Program-made: the position numbers and the translations under genes
Notes under the pieces: generated by a model
What the model saw: only the letters and a program-made list of their open reading frames with translations
Databases searched by the model: none
What the model was told of the DNA's origin: nothing
Origin: Podarcis cretensis
Taxonomy: Eukaryota
DNA length: 64,000 nt
Reading direction: 5' to 3'
Assembly (NCBI GenBank): GCA_951804945.1
Contig: OX638149.1
Coordinates: 60,884,001-60,948,000 of the forward strand
In this document: positions 39,765 through 53,100 of the stretch, in pieces
How the letters are laid out: the number at the start of each line of letters is the position of its first letter
How positions within the stretch are numbered: position 1 is the stretch's first letter

Positions 39765-39960
39765 TAGAATTCCTAGAGTTCCCTGAGAAGAAGGATTTAC
39801 CATTAAACCATTCTTGCAATCGAAGCTCTGAGAGGGGAATAGGGGTCTCCTAAGAACTCTCAGCGCTCTTAAAAAACTACAGCTACAAGAATTCTTTGGA
39901 GGAAGCCACAACTGTTTAAAGTAGTATCATGCTTTAAAGGTATGGTGTGCATGTGGACTA
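39765..39960. repeat. Interspersed MITE-like repeat (aaactacag...gaattct family); related copies near 50300-50420 and 60930-61090
   Basis: Shared aaactacag / ctgtagttt and gaattct / ctttaaa..tatggtgtg motifs at three places. Confidence 0.5.
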
Positions 39961-40247
39961 TATGCCTTCCCCCAAATAGTGGCAGCTAACAGGGTGCAAG
40001 TTATGAAGGGAATGTTAGGGGACTTTAATAAAATCCACAGCCCCCAACTCTTCACTCTCCCAAATTTTGGCTAAATCATGGTCTTCTTATAGTCTTCTAA
40101 AACTAAAAGGGAGGTGGGCAGCACAAAACATAGGGGCCTAGTCCCCTCCCCAGCTCCCTGTAGTTCCAACGTTGGCTGTAAGCTGCGGAGGGGAAAGATT
40201 TGTTTGTATTGTTCCCTTACAACAGCTTTGGTATAGTGACATAGATT

Positions 40248-40395
40248 AGGGAACATCGGAAGCTGCCTTCGTCCATCTAGCTCAGAATTGTCTACACTGA
40301 CTGGAAGCAGCTGTCCTGGTTTTCAGGAAGCGGTCTCTCTCAGCCCTAACCTGCTGGTGCCAGGAACTGAACCCAGGATCTTCTGAGCTACAACC
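40248..40395 (-). mobile_element. Degraded copy of the same tRNA SINE
   Basis: ggaagctgccttc..gtccatctagctcag..tctacactgactgg...gaacccagga. Confidence 0.6.
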
Positions 40396-41153
40396 CCTCC
40401 TCTAGAAAAACAACAAGTGGGTGCGGTTAAAGCCTGCTCCTTCAGCCATGCTGCTCTGATCACATTCTGTGCTCCCTACAGCCGGGAGAAGAATGAAAGA
40501 CACCAGGAGACCCAGTCACTGATCGCCTCTGGAAAATGCAGATTGGCCCTCAGGTTTCACAGTGCAGTCATAGGTTTAGTGCCTCATCTGCTGTTTGTGA
40601 GGCCTAGGCCAGAGGCACATGAGCAGTTTACTGCAGTCGGGTGTCTCTCCCCAGCCCACAGCACAGCCACTGCAAATCCATTGCAAATGCCAACTTGCAA
40701 AATGCCTAACTTGGCGTTTTAAATTCCCCATGTAAATCATCATCTTGCTTGAGGAGACGCATTAAGGCAGCACGCTTGTTTTTCCATTCCTGCTAGCGTG
40801 TAAAAGCAGCCCTCTGCCAGGCAGCAATCACATGGCTTCGAGGTGCTAAGCTGGCAGAGAGGTTCACCTGGTATTTGGCATCTCACCTTCTTGGCAACCA
40901 GCTCGGCAGTTGCGCTGACAGCCTGTGGATCTGTCAGGCAGTCAGATTCCCCTGATAGCCTATCAGACGCTGTGTCCTTGGGACACTGTTGTTACTGGAA
41001 TTATCTTCCAAGGAGGAAAGGAGGAAAGGAAGAAGGTGATTGTTGCAAGAGCAGAGTGTCCCACAAATGTTTAAAAAGTCAAAATATGTGTTCCATTCAT
41101 TAACATTGCATTAGGAGATGGCTTTGGAGAGCAAGCTCCATACCCTACCTTTA

Positions 41154-41154
41154 A

Positions 41155-41206
<52 letters not shown>
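41154..41206. repeat. (GAAA)n microsatellite
   Basis: Read directly. Confidence 0.97.
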
Positions 41207-43329
41207 AGCCACCACTGAATTCATCCATAAATTCAGTTGATTCATCCTGATCTAGGGAAAAGCCAAGGAGAGCAATAATCAGGTGAATTATTAGCTCTAG
41301 TCTAAGACATTCTTGTATTCTTGAAGAACATCTCAAGCTGTGTGACTCCCCAAACTAAAGCCAGCATGTTATTAAAGAAGGCAAGCAGTCCTGTATTTTG
41401 CTTGCACAAAGAGCATTCTTTCATTCAGATGCTTTGGGGAAACTTGCTAAAAATTATATTTCCATGAGATCTTTTGAGTGGACAAAACTGATAAGCATTT
41501 GTGCCTTTTTGATGTTACGGCATCTCTAGGAGAAATTCAGTGAAATGGTCCTTCCAATTCCTCTGTCTGCAAATAGAGTGGAAAATTTGGAGAAGCCATT
41601 TGCACAGAGCCCTAATGTGAGTGATACTGAGCTAGATGGACCAATCAGCATACGACAGATTCCCATTTTACATCTGTGCCAAATTATAAAAAGAGAGTTA
41701 TACTACCAGAGCTTAATTTAAAAATGGGAGAAAATGCATTTAAGAACATGAATATTTTTTAAAGCAACTATTTATGCTTTCGAATAGGAGTACTCTTCAA
41801 CAGATTTAAAAGCCAGAAACTGACTTTTTTTAATCCTGTGACATCACACTGCTTAAAACACTGTGTGTGTTTTGTACTGAGCTTAAGACTGAGAAGTTAA
41901 TAGAGTCCCCAGCATTTTACATTGCCTATTTCAATATTCACACAGAGCAATGACAGGATAAGAGGTTGGGGAAGCTAATAAACATCCCCCATTAATTAGA
42001 AAGAAAAAAACAAAAAAAAACAGCAATTGTGCCATAATGCAGAACTAAAATGATGTTTTGGAAGGCAACTACCTCTGGCCCATTCATATGTTGGTTTTTG
42101 AACTGCTTCTTCCTACAATCAGGTAAGGAGCTGAGGAATGTTCCAAAGGTCTGGATCCAACTCATTATTAACAGATTGGTTAGATCTGCATTAGTACTAG
42201 CTACTGGTTTTAACACCATGTGACCTTTACTCCCTGCACCACAATAAATTGATTTTACTTCTGTGTTTTCTAGCTCACTTGAGAATATGTAAATGGTTTT
42301 GGCTTCTGAGACCTGCTCCTGACATTCTTTTATATTTCAGTAAAATAAAATTATATACTTAGGGAATCTATCACTGAGACATTTCCAAGGCAGGCAATTC
42401 TGGCTAATTTGGAAGAAGAAACAGCAAAGGTCATAATATCTGTTAAGTTAGAGTCTCCCTTGAAATTTCCCATTCGGTGAAGGGGTTAAGCTACATCAGC
42501 TTGAGTAACCCTCAGGGCACTGTGTGTGACTTGGTTCATATGGCCTCCACACATTTTTGCACACTGCATGTGCCAGAAACTGAAATTTCCGGCTTTCAAG
42601 AATGTAAGCACTTGGCCATGTGTCTGTAACACATCTATTCCTTGATTTGAACCATCAGAATGTTCACATTGCCTTGGGTTAGTTTGAGGTTGGTCCATTC
42701 CAGTACATATACATTCTTGGATGAACCAGATTATCTATCTGGGACCATTTCAAGCCATCTTCAAACAGATTTTCAGGATTGAGACAGCTCTGGCTTCCTT
42801 GGGAAATGATCTCCACAAGGAACTAGACATGGGGGCATGTCCTTGTTGGTTCTGCTGAACGTCTCAGCAATGTTCATTCCCATCAATGTCTGGACATTTT
42901 GACAGGAATAGTCTTGAGGGTTGGTTCCAGGAGGTGGTGTTGGAAGATTCCTGCTCAGAACATTGACCATTGGTTTGCAGCACTCCACCACATTCAGTGT
43001 TGTCTCCCATGGAACTGCTGGGAGAGATCATCTGGGGATTGGGCACACTTTGCCACCAATGTATGGATGACATATATTTATTTATTCCCATCTAATACCA
43101 AGGAAGCTTGGTGTTTTGAATTGGTTTCTGCAGAACACAATGGGTTTGTTGTGGGCTAGCAAATGGAGGCTTAATCCTAAGGAGCTCCTGGATGGGAAGG
43201 AGAGGGTCTTTGGAGTGGGGATTTGAGCTGTTGCGGATGGGTGGGTGATTCCCGTGAAGTATCAGGTTTGCAGGTCATTTTCAATGGGGTCAAGCAATTA
43301 CCATTGCCACTTGCCATTGCCACTTTCTA

Positions 43330-43515
43330 GAGCTATCCATAAAGACTGCAGTGAAGTGGTGTCTCCAACACCCAGTCCTCAAAAACACTCCTGGGGACAT
43401 CATGGTCAATGCTATCGAATGCTGCTAAGAGGTGAAAGAGAATTAACAGGGTTGCATTCCTCCTATCTCTTTCCCAGCAGAAGTCATCAATCAGGGAGAT
43501 CAAGGCAGTTTTCAT
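43330..43515 (-). mobile_element. Old L2 RT remnant
   Basis: Track ORF reads TALISLIDDF...LLILFHLLAAFDSIDH, resembling L2 ETALV...LLDLSAAFDTIDH. Confidence 0.7.
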
Positions 43516-43685
43516 TTCCCAAACTAATACGCAGATGAAAATGCAGTTAGTCTTCAGCTTTCACACTTCTCTGAATTTTTGTACTACAGTTCACAGCTAA
43601 ACAAAAAAATACTAAAATATGTATATAAATGCACATTCTTTGGGCTGGAGGCAAATTCATAAATAATGGAATTTTTCATGACATG

Positions 43686-43686
43686 A

Positions 43687-43718
<32 letters not shown>

Positions 43719-43720
43719 AA
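43686..43720. repeat. (GAAA)n microsatellite
   Basis: Read directly. Confidence 0.95.
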
Positions 43721-45342
43721 TCATACGTTGATGTGGGAACAGGACATAACAGACATCACAACAGACTTGTGGACTCAAGCAAAACTGACACAGGCCAGAA
43801 ATCATCCATCCATCCATCCATCCCTATAGACTGGGATATTTATCAATACTCAACTGGGCCCAAAATATTAAGTTCGGGAAATTTAAGAAGGCTTACAACA
43901 TCATTTACATGAACACATGCATCTGGAGAAAATACGAACTAATGAAGGCTTACCAGGAAGGGGGCTATGTGATGACCTTGGCTAATGATGAAGCAAAGTA
44001 TGAGCTTTTGGCCTACATGTGGTTTATGGAGAAATGTTTCAGAATCCATATAGCCCCAAATCTAGTTGAAATAATGTAATACTTCTACTAGCTTTTCTCT
44101 GCAGGTACTTTTGTTACATGGGGTGTTTCTGGTGGGGATTACGTCATGAAAAGCAGAGGCAAGCATCTCCAAAGCTGTGACAGACACATTCTAGGGAACC
44201 CCAACCTTTGCTGCTTCCTGGGTGCATGCCTACTGTCTGTTCCCAAATGTTTAGAGATACACAAGTGCCCTTTATGAGAAACACTGGTGTAAAGAGAGAG
44301 GTAACAGCAGGTTGTATCTAATGTTAGTCACATTCAGTGTAGACCTATTGAAATTAATGGACATGGCCAGTTTAGGTCAATTAATTTAATTGGTCTGCTC
44401 TTGAGTAAACCTGGGTTGGCTGCAACTCAATGTGCATTACCTTATATTGTGTTGGACAAAGCAGCATTTGGCAGAAAGATCTGGGCGACAGCTAAAATCA
44501 CAAGCGAGTCAGGAACACGCCTTCCTATGCGTTAGATACTTCAGTCAAATGAATCCTGATAATGATCTATGATGGTAAGTTGGCAGCCAGATGATGGAAA
44601 ACCTCCAAACATTACCTCCACACTGCAGAAATGAAGAGGATATGTGCAAATGCAATGCTTGGCAAGGAAAGGCATATTGTTTTTAGTGCTGTGGGAAAAA
44701 ATACTTAATGCTCAAACATTTCCTTAAAATGAGATTATAATGAAACATTAGAGGCAACGTTATTAAAGTTAATCAACTCTGCTGGCTAGATGAAAAAAAA
44801 GAACGTCATTCTAAGCCCATGTCCTGTCCTCAGCCTACAAAATAAATCCAGTGTTTCCTACCATCATGTTTTATCTGAATACTAGACAGGAGACATTTAC
44901 CTAGAGAATGAGCTCTTGTGTGCCTTGACTCTTGAAATTCAAGCATGTTCCTGAATTACCTGAGGTTTCCAAATGAATGAAGAAGTGATTAGCTAAACCG
45001 TGAAAGGGTCTGGCTATGTAACACCAGTAATCTAACCTTACTTTGGCTGAGCAGATCCTGTTTATAAAAATTTCTCCCGAAAATTTGCAGTTATAAACAG
45101 AAGAGCCCTGTGATCTCAGCTCCCTCACATGCAGATGTGTGCACCCATACACCCCTGGGTTGAGGGCACCCTGTAGCTCAGTACCAGTGGAGTATCATTT
45201 CACAGTCCATATTTACTGCTGGCTTTTCAGCATCAATTACTGCTGGCAAGAAGTGAGTACTGAGTCAAGTAAATAGCATGTTGGCCAAATTCTAGGAGCT
45301 ACCCATCCTTTTGAGGTCCATTATTCAGCTGAAGTTATATTC

Positions 45343-45688
45343 TGACCTGAAGGAGTGTCTCCACCACATCATTCGGCCTAGACACTAAGGTCCAGCTCCG
45401 AGGGCCTTCTGGTGGTTCCCTCACTGCAAGAGGTGAGGTTACAGGGAACCAGGAAGAAGGCCTTCTCGGTAGTGGCGCCCACCCTGTGGAACACCCTCCC
45501 AGCAGATGTCAAGGAAATAAACAACTTAGAAGACATCTGAAGGCAACTCTGTTTAGGGAAGTCTTTAATGTTTGATGTTTTATCATGTTTTTAATATTCT
45601 GTTGGGAGTCGCCCAGAGGGGCTGGGGAAACCCAGTCAGATGGGTGGGGTATAAATAAATAAATCATCATCATCATTATCATTATTAT
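45343..45688 (+). mobile_element. Same L2 family 3' end with TAAA/(CAT)n tail
   Basis: acctgaaggagtgtctccacc...ggccttctcggtagtggcgccc...gaaggcaactctgtttagggaag. Confidence 0.88.
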
Positions 45689-48542
45689 GTCAAACATCAG
45701 AAAATACCAGTCTACTTTAGAACTTTAGAACTTGGGTTATTTCGTGGCTGAAAAAGAGAAATCCATTAAAAAGGCCACTGATCAGTAAATAGTCTGAGCG
45801 TATGATATTTTGCTCCTTGGGAGTCTGGCCAATTGGAATATGGGGAGAGAAAGATCACAATTTTATGCCATTTTATGCATGGAATAATCTTTCCCCCCAC
45901 ACACTGCCAGGCTGTGCCTGAGTTAATACTATCCCTTCAATCAAAGAGCTGCCTAGAAAGAAGAACTTTCACAGATGAAGCTGTGGAAATTTCCGCCAGC
46001 TTCCCTTTGCCAAAGCCCAAACCAGGGGCATTCAGTGCCAAATTGCAATAACCAATTTGTTTTTCATAGCTTTCTCTGAGCAAGCAGGTAAGATTTTTAA
46101 GTTGCTAGATGGGTTGACACCCTCCTATGTGGCAGAATCAAGCTCTTATTGTTCATAGCATTTTGAATACCTATTTTAATTACAATAGTTGTCAGGGAAT
46201 AGGCACATACTTGTTTGGGATTACGGCTTAAACATATACAGAAATGAAATAATGCTCATATCCTTCCTTATCTAAACTGTTCCATGTTTAATCTTGCTCT
46301 TTTTCATTTGTAAGCTCCTCAGGGCAGGGTTTGCCTATGTCTCTGCTTGCAAGCAAATGCACAGCATTATATAATGTTGAGAAATGGGCCTGTTAATATG
46401 CTGTGCTGTGTTTTTAGTCACCTGTAAAATCTTTTTCCTCTGAGAACTCTTCTTGTCCCATCTCTTTTTATGCCATTGGCGAACCTGCTCTGATGTCACA
46501 GCAAGCCAAGGCAAACAAAGGATTCACTTCCTGCCTCTGACTCCTGTTGGATTAGATGCTTTTAATATCACACAAGTCCTGAGTATACTAAAGCCAAACA
46601 GCAGAGACCTTAGAATTTAAACGCTACAGGGTCATGGAAAATTTTGGTAAATTAAAATTGCCCTTTTGCAGCATTTGCAACTGGGAACACCTTGTAGATT
46701 TCAATCATTTGAATAGTTTTAAAGCCTCTTGAAAAGCTCAATCAATGCTTGACATTTACAAGTATACAAGTGGTGCCTCATTTGTACACAGAATTGCAGG
46801 TGTGGTTTTGGGTTTCTCTGGCTATTCCTTTTATCTGTTGCCTGGCATGCCTGACTGGGAGAATAAGAGTGAGCATTGCCAACCACATTGTTCCTTACTA
46901 ACCTACTCCACAGATTTCAATTTATCCATTGGCCAATTTATCTGGTGGGAGTCTTGTATGTGACACACAGAAATTCAACAGGCTGGGCAGCCCTGACAGC
47001 TACTGGAGGTACAGTAACCTTCTTTGGTGACGGAGGCGGCGACTTTCGGAGATAGAGAGCCCTAAACAGTTGGCTAACAGAGGCTTATTATGACAATGTT
47101 TGAGAACAGCTCATTCAAAACTCTTTCTGTTGTATGTCAGAGTTCTGAGCCAGCTTAGGAGTTTGGGTCCACAGTCTCCAGCTCGCTGACTGACAGTCGC
47201 TGGAATGTCACCATGTGGTACTTGGATGTGCCAGGTGTTTATGTGTCAAATGCTTTGCTGCCATCCAATGACGTTTCTTGGTATTGCCCCATCTCTGAAG
47301 CCTCCCACACACTGGTCAGGTGGAAATCTATCCAGTTTAATTAAAAGATAGCACTCACAGCTGGAAGGACTTTGCATACCTGGCAGTGGCTTGGACTACA
47401 GCCTTGCCTCACCTGTATGCAAATACTCTGTTCTTTTCATCCGCTTGCCAAGAGAAGCAGAGCTTTATCTGAATTCCTAAGTCACAAAAACAGCATTGTG
47501 CTCTGGCAGTTAATTTTTACCGGTTTACAATGTACTTTCCTTTGCAAAAAGAGATAATGCCAGGTAACCACCACAAACCTTCTCAACACAGCTGTTATTC
47601 TTTATAGCTGATCAAAGCATTGATTTTTTTTTCACCCCCTTTTCTTTTTTGCAGGTTGTGTCCATGCCAGACACAGATATTCCCTCATTGCTTTCATTTC
47701 AGAATGGTTCTGTTTTCTCACAAAGGCCAACCTGTTTGTGGTACCTCAGTGAAGCTGGCAGTGGTATATTTAAGTACAAGTAACATCTTGTAGGCTGAAA
47801 TGACAAAAGGGCATTCCAAAAAGAAAGTGACAACAGGGGAAACAATTCCAGCTCTGAACCCACCAACCACAACAATAAAGTGGACAAGATGCTGCTGCTG
47901 GACCTGGTGTCTTGGGCTTCGGGATCTCAGACCCACTGGGGGTCAAAACTACCCATGACTTCAGAGATGTGGGGATGCATTCCCCCCCCCCTTGGTAGCT
48001 GGTGTTTGTGTCTGTGTGTGTTTACACACATGCACACAATTTGCATCATGCTGTGGCACATGAAAAGGAGTGGGCTATCCCTTCCCCAGCACATTACCAA
48101 ACTGCACATTGGAAACATACAGGCAGAATAATGTCAACTCCACGGGATGGGTGACATGGGTCACAGATGCAACATGGGGAGAAAGGATCAACCTTCCATC
48201 ATGCCACATCCCCAAATTGGAAGGCAAGCTAAAGAATTTGAAAGATGGGGAGCTGCCCTACACCAAATCAGTGCACAGGTCCAAAGTGCTAAGCATTATC
48301 CATACTGGTTAGCATCAGCTGTCCAGAGTTTCAGATAGGAGACTTTCTGAACCCCACCTGGAAATGCTGGAGATTGAACTTGTGACCTTATGTATATAAA
48401 GTATGTCCTCTACTACTGCAGCCCTTCCACCAGTGGGAAGCTGTATTTCTACCACCACCACCACCACCTGGACCGGTGTTTTATCACAGGGGTGTTCTGC
48501 AACACATTCATGACATAATAATAGTGCATCAGTGGTGTATTG

Positions 48543-49545
48543 CATAGAATCATAGCATTGTAGAATTGGAAGGGATCCCGAGGATCATCTAGTCCAAACC
48601 CCTCCAATGCAGAAATCTCAGCTACAGCATCCATGACGGATGGCTCTGTTTAAAAGACTCCAAGGATAGAGAGTCCACAACCTCCTGAAGGAGGCCATTC
48701 CTCTGTCAAACAGCTCTTTCCATCAGAAAGTTATTCCTGATTTTTAGTCAGAACCTCCTTTCTTGAATCCATTGGTTTGAGTCCTACACTCCAGAGCAGG
48801 AGAAAACAAGCCTGCTCCATTTTCCATGTGGCAGTCTTTAGATATTTGAAGATGTCTATCAGATCTCCTCACACTCTCCTCTCATCCAGGCTAAACATGC
48901 CCACCTCCCTCAACTGTTCCTCATAAGGCTTGGTTTCCAGACCTTTGATCATCTTGGTCGCCCTCCTCAACACACCTTTGAGCTTGTCAACATCCTTCTT
49001 AAATTGTGGTGCCCAGAACTGTTGACTCCTGTTAAGCTTGTGGTCTACTAAGACTTCTAGATCCTTTTCACATGTACTACTGGCAAGCCATCTTATATTT
49101 ATGCAGCTGGTTGTCACTGCCTAACTGTAGAACCTGGCATTTGTTCCTATTGAAATCCATTCTGTTTATTTGGGCCCACTTCTCCAATCAGTTAAGGCCA
49201 TCCTGAATCCTAATTCTGTCTTCTGCTACCCCTCCCAGTTTGGTGTAATCTGCAAATCTGATGAGCACCCCCTCAATTCCTTTGGCCAAATCATATATAA
49301 AGATGTCGAACAACAATGGGCCCAGGACAGAACCCTGTGGCAGAACCCACACGTCACTTTTTTCCAGGCTGATGAGGAACCATTAGTGATCACTCTTTGG
49401 GTTCAGGCAGTCAACCAGCTACAAATCCACCTAACAGTTACCTCTTCCAGCACACATTTCACCAGCTTCTTCTCAAGAATATCATAGGGAGCTTTGTAAA
49501 AAGCCTTACTGAAATCAAGATTGACTACATCCACAGCATTCCCCT
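48543..49545 (-). mobile_element. CR1 LINE 3' fragment, degraded, related to the 14 kb copy
   Basis: catagaatcatag tail. Colinear with 13920-15090, with remnants [13 protein letters not shown]...GMFSL, frameshifts and an internal deletion. Confidence 0.92.
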
Positions 49546-49874
49546 ACTGTTCTGTGATGCTTGCCCAATTCTACCAGATTACTGCTGTCCAGAGAGTCTA
49601 TAGTGCAACGGACTAAAACAAAGCAGAACCTTACTGGGTTTCAGCAACAAATTTCTAGATGTCCACTGATCGGAAATGAATCCTTTCCTGACATTTAGAT
49701 ATCTGGGAACAACTGTGGCATATCAGTACAATCCATAAGTCCAAGAGAATGTCCAGGCAATTAGCTGTTCCAGGGGCAGTTCTCATGTCTGTAGCTGCAT
49801 GCTATAGTTTCCAACAAGAAGCACAGGTAAGTAACCAAACTGATTTTGCTTTCAGAAATAAGTAGAACATGTAC

Positions 49875-50157
49875 AGAATCAATCAAAACAAAATAAAAAA
49901 AAATTCCTTCCAGTAGCACCTTAAAGACCAACTAAGTTAGTTCTAGGTATGAGCTTTCGTGTGCATGCACACTTCTTCAGATACTCAGATATTTCTTCAG
50001 ATACTTCAGATATTCTTCAGAAGTGTGCATGCACACGAAAACTCATACCTAGAACTAACTTAGTTGGTCTTTAAGGTGCTACTGGAAGGAATTTTTTTAT
50101 TTTGTTTTGACTATGGCAGACCAACACGGCTACCTATCTATAACTAGAATCAATCAA
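49875..50157. mobile_element. Penelope-like element remnant with inverted terminal segments and a 12-bp flanking duplication
   Basis: About 90-bp near-perfect inverted repeat (49883-49975 vs 50020-50110) containing gtagcaccttaaagaccaac...gagctttcgtg...cttcttcagat, tail accaacacggctacc, and AGAATCAATCAA at 49875 and 50146. Confidence 0.8.
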
Positions 50158-53100
50158 GTGAGTGCACAATTGCATGATAGAATTTAAACTGCCGTGCTTC
50201 CAAAATGGATGTGCCAACTCCGTGAAAATGTCCTAGATAAGAGGCCCAAAGGATTTCACCATGGAAAGTTCCGAGAAAACAATTTGTGTCAACCATTTCT
50301 AAATTCAAAACACATTTAAAGTCCATGGCATCTTCAACAAACCCTGGGAACTGTAGTTTGTTAAAGACACTGGTAATTGTAAACTGTGATTCCCAGGATT
50401 CTGCGGGGGAAGGGCAGGAGTCGTTTTTGCTGCCCATACATTTTCTCAGGGAGTACAGGCTTGGAAGGTATGGACTCTGGAGGTTCCTATTCAGGGTTCT
50501 CTGCATCCAGCCCCCCCCATCCCAATCTGCTGATCAGCTTCAGATCTGGATCTCATGGTGATGAGTTCTGAGTCAAAGCCCAGACTGCTGCTCAGGTTGG
50601 GGGACCCAACAGACACAGGCAATTCCATATCTACAGATCTTTGGTTATGTGGCCAGCCAACCCCCAAAATTGGTTTGGCACCAAATACAACTCCACCCTC
50701 TTTACTACTCAGTGAGCACTCAGGATAAGTGAAAATGCTTTGATGTAAAGAACAGCACAAGCCCTTCATGGCGGCAATGCAGAAAGCCAATTACATGAAT
50801 CAAACCCACATTTCTCAATATTCTTTCTGGTAAATGCCCCGTGGGCAGAAATACTTGAGTTGCAAAGGCGTTTTTATTTTGTTGCATGGAAGCACCGCAA
50901 TTACTTTTTGATTTGCACAGCACTTTAAATGTATTTAAAAGAGATAGTAATTAGGGATCTGTCTGTGCCAACAACATACTGGCATTCCGCAGAATCTTGG
51001 CTAAAGACAGAACCAACTTTAAGGCGACATCTCCCAAAGTGCATGTGACCCTTTCACTGCAGTGGCACTTTTGGATCACAGGAAGGCAGCACCTGCTATG
51101 TCATATGATTGGCGATAAATAATATGAACCAGGTGACCCTAAAGAAATATTCAGGGTATCTTCTGTAACACGGAGCGCTTTCTGATAATTGTATTTGCAC
51201 AGTAACATTATGGCAACCATTCAAAACAGAGGGGGAAATAATAACCCCATGCGGCAAAGTACAAAGCAAGTGGCAGGGAAAACTCTGGCTTCCAGAAACC
51301 TAACAAAGCAGAGCCTCAGGCCTACAAATCTAGACATATGATGTTCTTCCCTAGATATGAAGTACCTGACCTTAAAACCAGAATAAAGGTGGTAGTTAAA
51401 AGAGTGAGGTCTGAGCCAAGATATTCCCTGGTTCAATTGAGTTGAACCGATGGGTGGAGTTAAATAAACCACAGTATTTCCACCTTACCCTGTTCCTTGC
51501 AGTGGCACCACAAGGGCCAGTCTGTGAGACCTTGGTCTGGGGCCCTGCAGTCCAGAGGACCCCAAACTACAGGACCCCAATGGCAGCAGTCGCCACAACA
51601 TCTTTCCTTTATTTTCTTTGTTTTGCTTTTTACAGAGCAAGCGCCTTGCTCCAGGCTGGGGGTCTATACAGTTGTGGCTGCCATCATCATTTTCCCAGAG
51701 GCACAGACGCTATTGGGCCAGCTCATCCACTTCTGTAAAATGTAGAAGAAAGAGAAGAAGATGTTCCGCAGATTTCTGCCACTGCCCTGGTGGGGTGAGA
51801 AGGGGTGGGCCAAGGGGCAGGAAGGTAGCCAGAGGGTCTCTTTCTCTTTCTTCAAAACTTTTTACAGAGGATATCAAGCACACTAGAGTCAGCACATTCA
51901 CTGGACATCCTCTGTAAAAAGATTTGGAAAAGGGGACCAGATCCTTCCCTTCCTGCCTGGTATGCAAGAGATGGGAGAGGAAAGGAGACCCTTTTCTATC
52001 TTTTTGAAAAAGGGAACCCTTTGTGTCCATCCCCCTTATCAGGCAGTGGGGTAAACAAATGGGTACTTTTTCCCCGTTGCCTGATAAGTGGGTTGTCACA
52101 TAAGTGGTGCCCTCCATGCATGCCAGATTCCAGGGTGGGATCTCAAGGCCCATGAGGCCACCACTTTGTGGATGCTAAGCAGTTCTGGGTCTGGTCAGTT
52201 CCTCGGATGAGTGAGTGTGCCTAGAAACCACACCCATGCTAATTTGGGTGTGAAATGAATGTCGGGAAGATAAAATAAATGGCATCCAATGTGTGGAGAG
52301 GTGAGTGAGTTTCGTGGCGAGTCCCACTTCAAAATGTTTGAAAAACACAGGCCTAGGGCCTTCCTTCCTCCAACACCAATGTAAGCCTGAAGCCTTGCAT
52401 GCCAACATTCAGGAGCCTTCTTCATGTAATCCTTATGGCATGCAAGATCAACAAACTGTCCCAGCATCGAAACAGAACAAGGAGCAAAAGGCAGCTACCG
52501 TGAGCATGAGCCATCAAGTTGTTGTCCCATTCATGCAAAGACTTGTGCTTGCACAATCAAATTTCTCCTCCTTCTCCTCCCCCACAATAGATTGGGGGAG
52601 TGCATGGGGAGAGGAAAAGAGAGGAAGTTCAACTGAACAAGCAGAAGTCCCTGCTCAAACAGGATGACTCTGCAGGATATAAGCATAAAGATTTATTTTT
52701 GTGCTGAGAGTTTCAGCAGATTAAAAGCTTCGGCAGATTTATTGTCACATAAGCTTCCATGGACTGAACTCCACTTCATCAGATGCAGGAAGTATTATCT
52801 TTGCTTGGCTATATATACACATCAGGGATACAGCAGTGTGTGAGAGAGAGAGGCTGCAGGGGGGTACTAAATGGCAATGAAATGGGGCGGGGGGAATAAG
52901 TATGTGAATATATCTATCTGCCAACCGACATAACACTTTATGCATTTAACAAAATGGACTCAAATGTGCTGCAATAAATTTGTTTGCCACAATATGTTTT
53001 GTTGTTTTTGCTTAAGCAGACTTACACAACAGTGTGCAAGTACCAGAAGGGTGGAATTGACATTTTATATAAAATAAATAAATCTGCTGGTCTGCAAAGG

